Positions 16,116 through 25,907 of a stretch of 32,247 nt of DNA are shown here, piece after piece (the first letter of the stretch is position 1; the number at the start of each line of letters is the position of its first letter). The notes under the pieces were generated by a model. It worked only from the letters and a program-made list of their open reading frames with translations. It did no database searches and was not told the DNA's origin. The stretch is from Alphaproteobacteria bacterium. GTDB taxonomy: Bacteria > Pseudomonadota > Alphaproteobacteria > Rs-D84. The stretch spans positions 1 to 32,247 of the forward strand of contig JAGCOU010000041.1 in the NCBI GenBank assembly GCA_017642565.1. Direction: 5' to 3'. Both the position numbers and the translations under genes were made by a program.

Positions 16116-16922
16116 GTGAAAAAACTTTGTTTTATCGGTATAATTCTTGCATTAACGCCAAGTTTAAGTTTTGGTGATAATTTTCGTGTAAATAAACTTG
16201 TCCAAGAAAAACAGCGCAAAATGGCAGAACTCGAAAAATGTATGGGGTCAACGAAGGGATTAAAGATAGCTGGTATATCAACACTTGGTCTAACGGCTGT
16301 TGGTGTTGCTGGCAATGTAATTGAGGCGAAAAAGATAAAAGAATATGATGACAAAATAGAAAGCACTGAAAAAAGCATAGCAAAAACCCAAAAACAAATA
16401 GAAAAAGCGCGTGCAGATTTAGCAAAACAACAAGCAGAGGCTGGGCAAGATAGTTCCCAAATAGTTATGTCTGAGACTGATAAGGTTATGCAAGAAAAAT
16501 TGAAAACACAAACATTTACAACGGGGGTTGCCAAAAATAAATATGGAGAATGCAAAGGTTTTAATGTTTCTATATCTGCGGAAGATTGTAAAGATTTATT
16601 AAATGAGACTTGGTTTGTTGAAGGTGAAGAAATGTCAAGTGGTGGAGTGTCCAGTTGTTCTGTGACCAAAGGTGTTGTTGGACAGGCAGGGGCGCTAAAT
16701 GATGAAAGCGATGGGGCTTATTGTTGGTGCAGTATGCTGGGTGCACAAGGTACAGATTCAGATACATTGTATCTTAGTAATTCTTCTTGGGTGTATATAG
16801 GTGATTTAGGTAGCAATTGTGGCGCAAAGTGTGCTTATGAATGTGCAACAAAAGTTTTAAAAGATAAAGACATTAGAAAAGTTATTATGAATGCAGTATG
16901 GTTTCATAAAATAGATATATAA
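16116..16922 (+). CDS. Secreted coiled-coil protein with Cys-rich C-terminal domain and glycine-zipper module
   Basis: GTG start at 16116 with SD AGAGGGAG at 16104-11. Signal peptide VKKLCFIGIILALTPSLSFG/DN. Module EKCMGSTKGLKIAGISTLGLTAVGVAGNVIEAK. K/E/Q-rich coiled-coil stretch. The C-terminal region carries 9 Cys (CKGF...CKDL...CSVT...CWC...NCGAKCAYEC). Confidence 0.7.
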   Translation: MKKLCFIGIILALTPSLSFGDNFRVNKLVQEKQRKMAELEKCMGSTKGLKIAGISTLGLTAVGVAGNVIEAKKIKEYDDKIESTEKSIAKTQKQIEKARADLAKQQAEAGQDSSQIVMSETDKVMQEKLKTQTFTTGVAKNKYGECKGFNVSISAEDCKDLLNETWFVEGEEMSSGGVSSCSVTKGVVGQAGALNDESDGAYCWCSMLGAQGTDSDTLYLSNSSWVYIGDLGSNCGAKCAYECATKVLKDKDIRKVIMNAVWFHKIDI

Positions 16923-16957
16923 AAAAACACCCACCAAAAGTGAAGTGTGTTTTTTAT

Positions 16958-18088
16958 TTAAAACCAACTTTTCTTTTCCGTTTTATTGCCGGCGAAATCG
17001 TTTAAGGCTTTCTTTTGTTTTTCGCTTAATTTTTTTGGAATTGTAATTCCTATTTCTATGTATAAATCGCCAAAGCCACCGCGACCAGTTGGCATACCGT
17101 GTCCACGAACACGTAATTTTTCGCCTACTTGGGTGCCGTTCGGTATCTTTACAGATAATTTTTTATCGTCCAAAGTTTCAATTTCTATTTCGCCACCAAG
17201 TGCTAGTGTTGCAAAATCTAAATCTTGGTGCATTAATAAATCGTTGCCGATGCGTTCAAATCGTTTGTCAGGGCGAATATGAACATCAATGTAAAAATCA
17301 CCGGCTTCGCCACCGTTCGGGGCGGCTTCGCCCATTCCTGCCATGCGCAGACGCGCGCCGTCCATGATGCCAGCAGGTATTTTTACATCCAATGTGCGTT
17401 GTTTGTTTACCGTTCCTGTTCCTTCGCAGGCACTGCATTTTTTATCAATCTTTTTACCCAATCCGTGACATTCAGGGCATGGGGTTTCAACTGCGAAAAA
17501 TCCCTGACGTGCATGAACATAACCTGTGCCACCACAAGTTGAACATTTTGGGGCTTCTTTGCCATCTGCTGTGCCGTGACCATTACATTTTTCGCATTTG
17601 ACAGCACTTGTGAATTTTACAGTGTGGGTTGTGCCGAAATATGCATCTTTTAAATCAATAACGACTTCGTCCAGTAAATCACGCCCGCGCATGTGCGAAG
17701 AATGTCCGTTTCCACCAAAATCGCCACCAAAACCAAAGCCACGCATCGCTTCGCGTAAAATATCTTCCATGCCACCCATGTCACCACCGCCCATATTGAA
17801 ATGAAAAGCACCATTCCCAAAAGGATTTCCGCCCATGCCAGCGCCAGCACTCGCCCCGTTGCCACCAGCAAAGGCTGCGTCACCAAATCTATCGTATGCC
17901 GCGCGTTTTTGAGGGTCTTTTAATATATCAAAAGCGTTATTAACTTCTTTGAATTTTTCTTCGGCTGTTTTATCACCTGGGTTTTTATCTGGGTGATATT
18001 TCATAACCAATTTATGATAAGCTTTTTTTATGTCAGCATCGCTAGCATCTCGTGCGACACCCAAGACTTCATAAGGATTTTTATTCAT
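16958..18088 (-). CDS. dnaJ: Molecular chaperone DnaJ
   Basis: 376 aa. J-domain (YEVLGV...HPDKNPGD), a G/F-rich linker and four CxxCxGxG zinc-finger repeats. No dnaK adjacent in this window. Confidence 0.95.
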   Translation of the reverse strand: MNKNPYEVLGVARDASDADIKKAYHKLVMKYHPDKNPGDKTAEEKFKEVNNAFDILKDPQKRAAYDRFGDAAFAGGNGASAGAGMGGNPFGNGAFHFNMGGGDMGGMEDILREAMRGFGFGGDFGGNGHSSHMRGRDLLDEVVIDLKDAYFGTTHTVKFTSAVKCEKCNGHGTADGKEAPKCSTCGGTGYVHARQGFFAVETPCPECHGLGKKIDKKCSACEGTGTVNKQRTLDVKIPAGIMDGARLRMAGMGEAAPNGGEAGDFYIDVHIRPDKRFERIGNDLLMHQDLDFATLALGGEIEIETLDDKKLSVKIPNGTQVGEKLRVRGHGMPTGRGGFGDLYIEIGITIPKKLSEKQKKALNDFAGNKTEKKSWF

Positions 18089-18255
18089 AATTTTACCTGT
18101 TTAATTCTTTTTGTATCAAATATATAGGTATATTATATTAAAAATCAAGTATATAAAAAGACTATTTTTTTGCTGTTTTTTTGGGAAAAGGGAATAGTTT
18201 CACTTGCTAAAATTTCAAAAATGTTCTAATAATATTGTGTTAAAAAGCAGGAAGA

Positions 18256-20223
18256 ATGATGAATAAATATGATGCTTCGGATATTCAGGTCTTGGAAGGT
18301 TTGGAACCAGTAAGGTTAAGACCGGGTATGTATATTGGTGGAACAGACGAGAAAGCCTGGCATCATTTGCCGGTCGAAATTATGGACAATTCTATTGACG
18401 AAGCTGTTGCTGGATTCGCAAAAAAGATAGTCGTCAATTTAATAGATGCTAAGACTATTGAAATTACAGATGATGGACGTGGAATACCTGTGGATGAACA
18501 TCCAAAATATCCTGGTAAATCCGCATTGGAAGTTATTTTAACAACTCTTCATTCTGGTGGAAAATTCAATAATAATGTTTATAAAACTAGTGGTGGACTA
18601 CATGGAGTTGGCAGTGCGGTTGTTAATGCTTTGTCTTCAAATATGGATGTGACAATTTCAAGAGATGGCTTTGAATGGAGACAGACTTTTTCGCGTGGCA
18701 AAGTGACGAGTCCTATTGTAAAAGGTAATCCTACGAAGGCACACGGAACAAGAATTAAATTCACTTTGGATGACGAAATTTTTGGTGAAAACGCTGTGTT
18801 CAAGCCAGTTAAGATTTATCGTATGGCGCGTGCTAAATCTTTCTTGTCGCGTGGTGTCAAAATCGAATGGCATTGTAATCCGGCTTTGCTGACAGAAGAT
18901 ATGAATATAGAAGCTGATAAAGTTTTTTACTATCCAAATGGGGTTGCTGATTTTATCACAGAAAAGACTGAATCTAAACCGTGCATTTTGCCCAAAATTT
19001 TCAGTGGTGCGATAGATTTTCCTGATGATAGTGGGCGTGTAGAATGGGCTTTGACTGTGTTGACTGATGAGAACGGTGCGGCATCTGATGATGGTTTCTT
19101 TGCGTCTTATTGTAATACGATTGCAACGGTTGATGGTGGAACACATGAAAATGGATTTAAGGCTGCTATTACCAAGGGATTAAAGGCCTATGGTGAAAAG
19201 GTGAATAACAAAGCGGCAGCATCTATTATTAGTGAAGATGTTTTTGATTCTGTTGCTGCAATTGTTTCTGTGTTTTACAAAACACCCCAATTTTTAGGAC
19301 AGACCAAAGAAAAATTGTCTAACCCTGAAATTGCGAGGTATACTGAAAACGCTTTGCGCGATCCGTGGGAAATGTTTTTGGCAGCAGACCCAAAAACAGC
19401 AAATGCATTGTTGGATTTTGTCGTGAATTTGGCTAATGCGCGTATTAAAACTAAACAAGTCAAAGATGTTGCGCGTAAAACACCAACCAAAAGAATTCGT
19501 ATGCCGGCAAAATTGGCAGATTGTTCAAAGCACGGTATAGAGGGAACTGAATTATTTATTGTTGAGGGAGAATCTGCTGGTGGAACCGCAAAACAGGCAC
19601 GTGACAGGGCAACCCAGGCTATTATGCCTTTGCGAGGCAAGGTATTAAATGTTCTATCTAATTCTGATGAACGTTTTAGCGCAAACAAGGAATTAAATGA
19701 TTTGATTGATATTATTGGTGCAGGAACAGTCAAAGATTGGAATGATGAAAAACTGAGATATGAAAAAATTATAGTAATGACTGATGCGGATGTGGACGGC
19801 AGTCATATTGCTTCGTTGCTGATGGCGTTCTTTTATCAATATATGCCGCAATTAATTTATGGGGGACATTTGTATTTGTCTTGTCCGCCGCTTTATAAAT
19901 TGACTTGTGGAACCGAATCGATTTATGTTGATACTGATGAAGAACTTGAAGAATTAAAAACCGGTAAATATAAAAATAAAAAGATTGAAATTTCACGATT
20001 CAAAGGGCTGGGTGAAATGATGCCAAATCAATTAAAAGAAACAACTATGTCGCCAAAGACACGCAGGTTGATTCGTGTTGATTTGCCACCTAAGACAGAA
20101 GACGGTCAAGAAGACACAGAAAAAACAAAAACACTCGTGTATGATTTAATGGGTAAAAAACCTGAATTTAGATTTAGGTTTATTACCGAACATGCCCAAT
20201 TTGTAAAAGATTTATTCGTGTAA
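18256..20223 (+). CDS. parE: DNA topoisomerase IV subunit B
   Basis: 655 aa. GHKL ATPase N-terminus (LEGLEPVRLRPGMYIGGTD...EIMDNSIDEA), Toprim domain (ELFIVEGESAGG...MTDADVDGSHI) and no GyrB-type insertion. Length and N-terminus fit ParE better than GyrB. Confidence 0.85.
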   Translation: MMNKYDASDIQVLEGLEPVRLRPGMYIGGTDEKAWHHLPVEIMDNSIDEAVAGFAKKIVVNLIDAKTIEITDDGRGIPVDEHPKYPGKSALEVILTTLHSGGKFNNNVYKTSGGLHGVGSAVVNALSSNMDVTISRDGFEWRQTFSRGKVTSPIVKGNPTKAHGTRIKFTLDDEIFGENAVFKPVKIYRMARAKSFLSRGVKIEWHCNPALLTEDMNIEADKVFYYPNGVADFITEKTESKPCILPKIFSGAIDFPDDSGRVEWALTVLTDENGAASDDGFFASYCNTIATVDGGTHENGFKAAITKGLKAYGEKVNNKAAASIISEDVFDSVAAIVSVFYKTPQFLGQTKEKLSNPEIARYTENALRDPWEMFLAADPKTANALLDFVVNLANARIKTKQVKDVARKTPTKRIRMPAKLADCSKHGIEGTELFIVEGESAGGTAKQARDRATQAIMPLRGKVLNVLSNSDERFSANKELNDLIDIIGAGTVKDWNDEKLRYEKIIVMTDADVDGSHIASLLMAFFYQYMPQLIYGGHLYLSCPPLYKLTCGTESIYVDTDEELEELKTGKYKNKKIEISRFKGLGEMMPNQLKETTMSPKTRRLIRVDLPPKTEDGQEDTEKTKTLVYDLMGKKPEFRFRFITEHAQFVKDLFV

Positions 20224-20251
20224 AAAAAATCCGCCGTTCAGGCGGATTTTT
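20224..20251. terminator. Bidirectional intrinsic terminator (parE / pgsA)
   Basis: A-run, then stem ATCCGCC (20229-35) / GGCGGAT (20241-47) with loop GTTCA, then a T-run to 20251. Confidence 0.8.
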
Positions 20252-20264
20252 ATTCTTATTTTCT

Positions 20265-20867
20265 TTATTTTACTTTCTTTAATTTTTGGGCGAATGTAAT
20301 TGTATATTGAAATGCACTCCAGATAGATGCAACCAAAGCGGCCCACAAACCAATAATGCCAATTTTAGGAAGTGCATAAATTAAATAGAATATCGCACGG
20401 TTTGTTGTGTCTGTTGTGACAGAAGAAAATACTGCAAACCATAACAAAAATGCAGCGATAGCAATCATTTGCAAGGTTGTTTTTATTTTGCCCATTGAAA
20501 AGCGAGCCTTTGGAACAGGCATTTCTATTTTTTGTGTTCCCAAAAATTCACGCAGACCACTGATGTATAATTCACGTGCAATCATAAATATTACAGGTAT
20601 CACAACAAACCAAACTGGTGTCATCAAAACCAGCATAATCAAAGTATTGCAGACTAATAATTTGTCGCCGATATGGTCAAGAACACCACCGAGTTTTGAA
20701 CAGCATTTATATTTGCGTGCTAAAAATCCATCGAACCAATCGGATATAGCGCCCAATGCAAACAGAATAAATGTTAACCATGGACGATTAAGCATGATTG
20801 TGAATATAATGGCAAATGCAGTTAATATGCGAAATATAGATAAAAAATTAACAAAAAATTTCATTGT
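20265..20867 (-). CDS. pgsA: CDP-diacylglycerol--glycerol-3-phosphate 3-phosphatidyltransferase
   Basis: Start moved to the internal ATG at 20867 (MKFFVNFLSIFRIL...). CDP-alcohol phosphatidyltransferase motif DWFDGFLARK...GGVLDHIGDKL. The uvrC-pgsA adjacency matches E. coli. Confidence 0.85.
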   Translation of the reverse strand, partial: TMKFFVNFLSIFRILTAFAIIFTIMLNRPWLTFILFALGAISDWFDGFLARKYKCCSKLGGVLDHIGDKLLVCNTLIMLVLMTPVWFVVIPVIFMIARELYISGLREFLGTQKIEMPVPKARFSMGKIKTTLQMIAIAAFLLWFAVFSSVTTDTTNRAIFYLIYALPKIGIIGLWAALVASIWSAFQYTITFAQKLKKVK

Positions 20868-20892
20868 GTTTCTCCTTAGGTTTATGTTTATA

Positions 20893-22320
20893 TTATAGCA
20901 TTTCTGAATGAAAATATTTATATATTTTTTCTGCTGCGGATTTTCCAAGACCAGGGACATGTAACAGAGATTTTAAATCAGCGTCCATAATAGAATGCAC
21001 AGAACCATAGTGTTGCAAAAGTTGTTTTTTGCGAATCGGTCCAATGCCTTCGATTTCGTCCAGAACCGATGCGGTCATTTGTTTTGCGCGCGTGGTGCGG
21101 TGATAAGTTATAACGAATCTGTGCGCTTCATCACGAACATTTCGTAAAAGTAAAAACAAAGGCGAATCTTTGGCGAGACTTTTATTAACTGTCCCGTCTG
21201 GCATTATAAAGTGTTCGTCTCCGTTTCTAACAACACCTTTGGTGACACCTAGAACTGGTATTTTTCCGTTTGCTACTTTGGTTGCAATATTCCATTGAGC
21301 GGGACCGCCATCAACGATTATTAAATCAAGTTTTGGACCGTCTTTTATTGCGCGAGTTACAAATTCTTCCATCATAGCGATATCGTTTCCGGCGCGCGCT
21401 GAATCATGCAATTTAAAATGTCGGTAAGAGGTTTTTATAAAACCTTCGTGTCCAAATGCTATCATTGCACCAACTGGTTGTTTGCCAAACAAATGAGAGT
21501 TATCAAATACACCAACACAATTTAATTTTAGATTTAACCATTGTTCAAGTTCTGTGACATTTTTGTCCCATTGTAAATTTGGTGTATACGGTGTATTCTG
21601 TCGTATACCGCGATTTGTAGTTGTTGTTAATGCAGTGATTTTATCGCGTATAATTGCTGCGTTTTCATAGTCTGTTTTATCAGAAAAATCTTTCATTAAT
21701 TTTGTTAAATCTACGATGATTGGTTCGCTGTCTCCTGTTAATATTCTGCGTGCCAAAGCAACATTTTTATCATAATCTGTTTGTGGAATACAACATGGGG
21801 CACTGCATCTTCCTATTTGATAAAGCAGGCATGGTCGAGAACGATTTTTCATAAATGTATCAATACATGTACGAAGTTTGCATACGCGCTGAATTGTTTT
21901 TATTGTGTCGTTCAAAGCAGATACTGATGGGTATGGTCCAAAAACATCTTTCTTTTGAGAAATTTTGCCCCTGAATTTAAGCAGACGCGGAAATTCATGT
22001 TTGGTTAAAGCTAGCATTGGATACATTTTTCCGTCTGTTAGCATAATGTTATATTTTGGTTTAAATGTTTTTATCAGTTTTTGTTCCAAAATTAATGCGT
22101 CTTGTTCGCTGTTTGTGGTTTCCCAGTCTACGCGTTTTACCAACAAGCGCATAACTTGTTTATGATTTTCCAGTTTTGAGATATCTATATACTGTCGCAG
22201 GCGATTAAGCAGGTTTTTGGCTTTCCCTACATACAAAAGATTCCCGTCCCTGTCGTACATTTTATATACCCCAGGTGACAAAGGAGCGTTTTCAATTAAA
22301 TCTCTAAATTGAATATTCAT
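20893..22320 (-). CDS. uvrC: Excinuclease ABC subunit C (compact, 475 aa)
   Basis: GIY-YIG domain (GVYKMYDRDGNLLYVGKAKNLLNRLRQY), Cys-rich segment (RPCLLYQIGRCSAPC), UVR-like helix (YENAAIIRDKITAL), endonuclease domain (VGVFDNSHLFG) and a C-terminal (HhH)2 (IEGIGPIRKKQLL...VPGLGKSAAEKI). Confidence 0.85.
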   Translation of the reverse strand: MNIQFRDLIENAPLSPGVYKMYDRDGNLLYVGKAKNLLNRLRQYIDISKLENHKQVMRLLVKRVDWETTNSEQDALILEQKLIKTFKPKYNIMLTDGKMYPMLALTKHEFPRLLKFRGKISQKKDVFGPYPSVSALNDTIKTIQRVCKLRTCIDTFMKNRSRPCLLYQIGRCSAPCCIPQTDYDKNVALARRILTGDSEPIIVDLTKLMKDFSDKTDYENAAIIRDKITALTTTTNRGIRQNTPYTPNLQWDKNVTELEQWLNLKLNCVGVFDNSHLFGKQPVGAMIAFGHEGFIKTSYRHFKLHDSARAGNDIAMMEEFVTRAIKDGPKLDLIIVDGGPAQWNIATKVANGKIPVLGVTKGVVRNGDEHFIMPDGTVNKSLAKDSPLFLLLRNVRDEAHRFVITYHRTTRAKQMTASVLDEIEGIGPIRKKQLLQHYGSVHSIMDADLKSLLHVPGLGKSAAEKIYKYFHSEML

Positions 22321-22337
22321 TAATTATATGATATTAT
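22309..22337 (+). promoter_or_regulatory. Putative sigma70-type promoter (TTGAAT-N17-TGaTATTAT)
   Basis: TTGAAT at 22309-14 (inside the uvrC 5' end on the opposite strand), a 17-nt spacer ending in TGa, and TATTAT at 22332-37. Confidence 0.45.
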
Positions 22338-22369
22338 AAAAGAAAGAAAAATCAAATAGAGGTGTAAAA

Positions 22370-22831
22370 ATGAGACAAGAATCAGGTCGTTCTATGATTG
22401 AAATGGTCGGCGTATTGGCTATTATGGGTATGTTAACAGCAACTGCTTTTGCTTTGATTTCTCTGGGAATTAATAGACAAAAACAGGCACGCGTAGTTGA
22501 CGATGTGGTTACAATGGTTGCCGGGGTGCGAAGCCTTTTGGGTGATTATGACGATTTTTCAAATATTGATAATGCTACGATTTTCGGTGCAATATCGGTA
22601 AGTAATAAAAACCCATACGGCGGAACATACGAATTGTCTGTGGATAGTTCTAATACTCGTCAATTTATTGTAAAAATAAACGGATTAACAAAAAGTGATT
22701 GTGAGGCGCTGAAAACAAAAGCATGGACAGAATCTGTGGGATATGTTTCTTCGGATCATAAAGAGAGTGGGGCTTCTGCGAATTGTGTTGATGGAAAAGA
22801 AAATGTCGTTTCCATTGTGTACGGCGAATAA
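22370..22831 (+). CDS. Type IV pilin-like protein (prepilin-type N-terminus)
   Basis: 153 aa. MRQESG/RSMIEMVGVLAIMGMLTATAFALI has a short leader ending in Gly, Glu at +5 and a hydrophobic alpha1-N helix. Two C-terminal Cys (C..C) could form a disulfide-bonded loop. The +1 residue is Arg, which is atypical. Confidence 0.6.
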   Translation: MRQESGRSMIEMVGVLAIMGMLTATAFALISLGINRQKQARVVDDVVTMVAGVRSLLGDYDDFSNIDNATIFGAISVSNKNPYGGTYELSVDSSNTRQFIVKINGLTKSDCEALKTKAWTESVGYVSSDHKESGASANCVDGKENVVSIVYGE

Positions 22832-22834
22832 TGT

Positions 22835-23797
22835 ATGGCAGAATTTATTACAATTTCTAGTGTGGAATCAGGAACGCGACTTTTGCGGTGGTTTTTACGA
22901 CATTATCCTGGTATGAGCCAGAGAGATTTTTATAAACTTTGTCGTGGTGGACAAATAAGAGTTAATTCTTCGCGCTGTAAGGGAATGGAAGTGTTGGACA
23001 CCGGTGACATTGTTCGGGTTCCGCCGACACTGCAATCATATCAAAATGTTAAAAAAATAGAAACCGGAGAGCATTATTCTTTGGTTGATTTAGAAAATTT
23101 ACGCAAGTGTATCATTCATAATGATGCAGATATAGTGGTGTTTAATAAACCAGCTGGATTGGCAGTGCAAGGAGGAACAGGAATAAAAAAGTCTATTGAT
23201 AAGATGGCTGCTGCGCTGTTCCCTTATGATAAAATTTCTTTGGTTCACAGAATAGATAGAGAAACGAGTGGCCTGTTGGTAGTCGCAAAAAATCAAAAGG
23301 CGGCGCAAAGTTTAGCAAATCAATTTCAAAATAAAACTGCGCACAAGGAATATTTGGCTTTGCTTCAGGGAACTGTCACGCAAAAGTCTGGTGTCATAGA
23401 CAATTATGTTGCCAAAGGACAAGTTTTTGAAGATTTTGCAAAAATACCTGATGGCGTGGGTGCTCAACGAGCGGTTACTGAATATAAAGTTTTAAGTGAA
23501 GCATCAGGATTGTTATCCTGGGTTTTGTTTAAACCAAAAACAGGTAGAACCCATCAATTAAGGCTGCATAGCGCATTTTCGCTGCATGCGCCAATCATAG
23601 GCGATGATTTATATGGTAATAGACGCGATATGGTCGATGAGGTATTGGGGTCTGTATTGCATACAAAAAAATTATTTTTATTTGCATATCGAATAACTTT
23701 CAGGCACCCTAGAGATAATAAAGAGATAACTTTGTCTGCAAGTGTTCCTGATTTTATGCAGTCTGTTATAAAATTTCTGGAATTGCAGATACCATAA
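22835..23797 (+). CDS. RluA-family 23S rRNA pseudouridine synthase (RluC/RluD-like)
   Basis: 320 aa. S4-like N-terminus (RLLRWFLRHYPGMSQRDFYKLCRGGQIRVN) and catalytic motif HRIDRETSGLLVVAKN. Confidence 0.85.
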   Translation: MAEFITISSVESGTRLLRWFLRHYPGMSQRDFYKLCRGGQIRVNSSRCKGMEVLDTGDIVRVPPTLQSYQNVKKIETGEHYSLVDLENLRKCIIHNDADIVVFNKPAGLAVQGGTGIKKSIDKMAAALFPYDKISLVHRIDRETSGLLVVAKNQKAAQSLANQFQNKTAHKEYLALLQGTVTQKSGVIDNYVAKGQVFEDFAKIPDGVGAQRAVTEYKVLSEASGLLSWVLFKPKTGRTHQLRLHSAFSLHAPIIGDDLYGNRRDMVDEVLGSVLHTKKLFLFAYRITFRHPRDNKEITLSASVPDFMQSVIKFLELQIP

Positions 23798-23807
23798 AGG
23801 TAAAAAA

Positions 23808-25904
23808 ATGTTTTGGTATATTTTTTATAAAAGACATCTTGCGTTGTTGCGTGGCATAGCCTTTTTCTTTATGGGCTTGATAGTTGCTTTTATAATCGCT
23901 TTGAACCAAGTTAATCTTGAATCGTTGCGCGGAAGTATTCTAGGAATGTTGCGCGAAACTACTAATATGCCCATAGAGATAGATGGTAAAATTTCATGGC
24001 GTTTTTCGTTGCAACCTGAAATAGAATTAAATGGGGTTCGTATACCAAATGCTGATTGGGCAAAAAATAAAAATCTTTTTGTCGCAGAAAAAATAGACGT
24101 GAGATTAGATTTGTTGTCGTTGTTAAAACCTCATCCTGTGGTGCGTCATATCAAAGTTTATAATGCTGAAATTGCTTTGGAAAAAAATGCCAAAGGGGAA
24201 GATTCTATTGTGTATATCGATTCGCAAAAAACACCAGAGCAACCAGAGGATGAAAACCCAGAACAACCACAGCAGCCTTTGTATCCTGTGGCTTTGATGC
24301 CGTTTTCTGGTTTGGAAATACAAAATATAACTGCTGATATTTATGGTAATCAATATTCTTTGTCTGGATTTGCTATGCGTAATTACATGCGAGAAGATAA
24401 TATTGAATACAGTGGTTGGGTTAAACCATACGAAATAAATTTTCCTTTTGTGATACAGTTTTCTCAATATAATTCGGAAAGAAAAATATATCCGTTAAGA
24501 ATCGCTTTGGCCACAGGGGCAGAACCATTAATTGCTGATGTTGCGCTGGAAGGAACCAGTAAAGCCCCAATAGATTTTGTTGTTCATGGTGAAATTCCTG
24601 ATTTGGCAAAATCTGGTCGCTGGTTTAATTTTGATGTAGAAGAAATGCCAAAAATATCACTTAATATTGCTGGTGGCATAGATAGAAAAAAAATATCGTT
24701 TAGAAAATCTTCATTATCTATTTATGGTATAGATGTTGATTTTTCTGGTTCTTATGATTGGTCAAAAAAGATTCCAGTAATCAAGGCAAAATTTTCATTT
24801 GACGAATTGAATCTTTATAAAAGTTTCCCAGAATGGTATGGCGCAGGAAAAGAGTGGGTGCATCCAAATCGCGACTTAAATGTTTTTCATGATATGCCTT
24901 TGTTTGGAGAATATTTATATGATATTGATGCCGATGTGGAATTGTCTTTAAAACGTTTTGTCGTTTATCGTTCGTTAGATTTAACTGATATGAAAGTCAA
25001 AGCACGTGTCAAAAATCATCATGTTTTGTTGGATGTTACAACAGGATTTGCCGATGGAAAATTGGATGCGGCGATTGTTGCTGATATTGATGACAAAGGT
25101 GTTTATACAGTGCGTGCGGCGGCAAACGGTGAACGCATTTACGTAGGTGGAATTTTATCAGAAATAAATGTTAACAATGTTATTTCTGGATTACCTGTGA
25201 ACCTGGCCTTTTACGTAGAAGCGCGCGGTGCAAATATGTCACAAATTATGCAAACTATTACTGGACCTGTGATTGTGTATTCTGTGGACAGAGGTTTTGC
25301 ACATGCTGATTTGGTCGAATATATGTATGGCGGAGATTTCTTGACGAGTCTGCGTCATAATGTAGAAGATATATTCACGGGTAACAAACGCGATATGATT
25401 GTTATAGACAGCGCAATTGCTAATTTAAAACTACGAAATGGGTTGATAGAAACTCAAAATGGGGTCGCAGTTGAAACTCATGTTATAAATATGCGACTTG
25501 CTGGTGAATTAGATTTGGGCAAAGAAACTATACAAATGTCTTTGGCGTCTGTGCCTGTGCGTGGTTTGAAAATATCTTTGTCTGGTAATTTGGTTAATGC
25601 CATGCAAATAACGGGCAATCTTGCAGAACCTGATTTTAAAATAAATGGGGCGGCAGTTGCTGGCAAGGTTGGGTCTGCTGTGGGCATTGGTTTGTTGCTG
25701 TCACCTTTGACTGGGGGGTTAAGTATCGCTGGTGGTTTGGTTGTTGGTTTGCTGGCCGGTGATATGTTGGAAAGTTGGTTGGCTGATGATAACCCTTATA
25801 AGACAGCGCGCAAAAAGGGTGCACCAAGAAAACGTGGTGATCCAGAATGGATGGACAAACCGATAAAAGTGCTGGTCCAAGATTTCTTTGCAACAAAGGA
25901 GTAG
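23808..25904 (+). CDS. AsmA-family outer-membrane biogenesis protein
   Basis: 698 aa. N-terminal TM anchor, AsmA-like N-terminal repeats (..ISWRFSLQPEIELNGVRI.. / ..IKVYNAEIAL) and an AsmA_2-like C-terminus (LKLRNGLIETQNG...LAGELDLGKE). Confidence 0.65.
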   Translation: MFWYIFYKRHLALLRGIAFFFMGLIVAFIIALNQVNLESLRGSILGMLRETTNMPIEIDGKISWRFSLQPEIELNGVRIPNADWAKNKNLFVAEKIDVRLDLLSLLKPHPVVRHIKVYNAEIALEKNAKGEDSIVYIDSQKTPEQPEDENPEQPQQPLYPVALMPFSGLEIQNITADIYGNQYSLSGFAMRNYMREDNIEYSGWVKPYEINFPFVIQFSQYNSERKIYPLRIALATGAEPLIADVALEGTSKAPIDFVVHGEIPDLAKSGRWFNFDVEEMPKISLNIAGGIDRKKISFRKSSLSIYGIDVDFSGSYDWSKKIPVIKAKFSFDELNLYKSFPEWYGAGKEWVHPNRDLNVFHDMPLFGEYLYDIDADVELSLKRFVVYRSLDLTDMKVKARVKNHHVLLDVTTGFADGKLDAAIVADIDDKGVYTVRAAANGERIYVGGILSEINVNNVISGLPVNLAFYVEARGANMSQIMQTITGPVIVYSVDRGFAHADLVEYMYGGDFLTSLRHNVEDIFTGNKRDMIVIDSAIANLKLRNGLIETQNGVAVETHVINMRLAGELDLGKETIQMSLASVPVRGLKISLSGNLVNAMQITGNLAEPDFKINGAAVAGKVGSAVGIGLLLSPLTGGLSIAGGLVVGLLAGDMLESWLADDNPYKTARKKGAPRKRGDPEWMDKPIKVLVQDFFATKE

Positions 25905-25907
25905 GTG

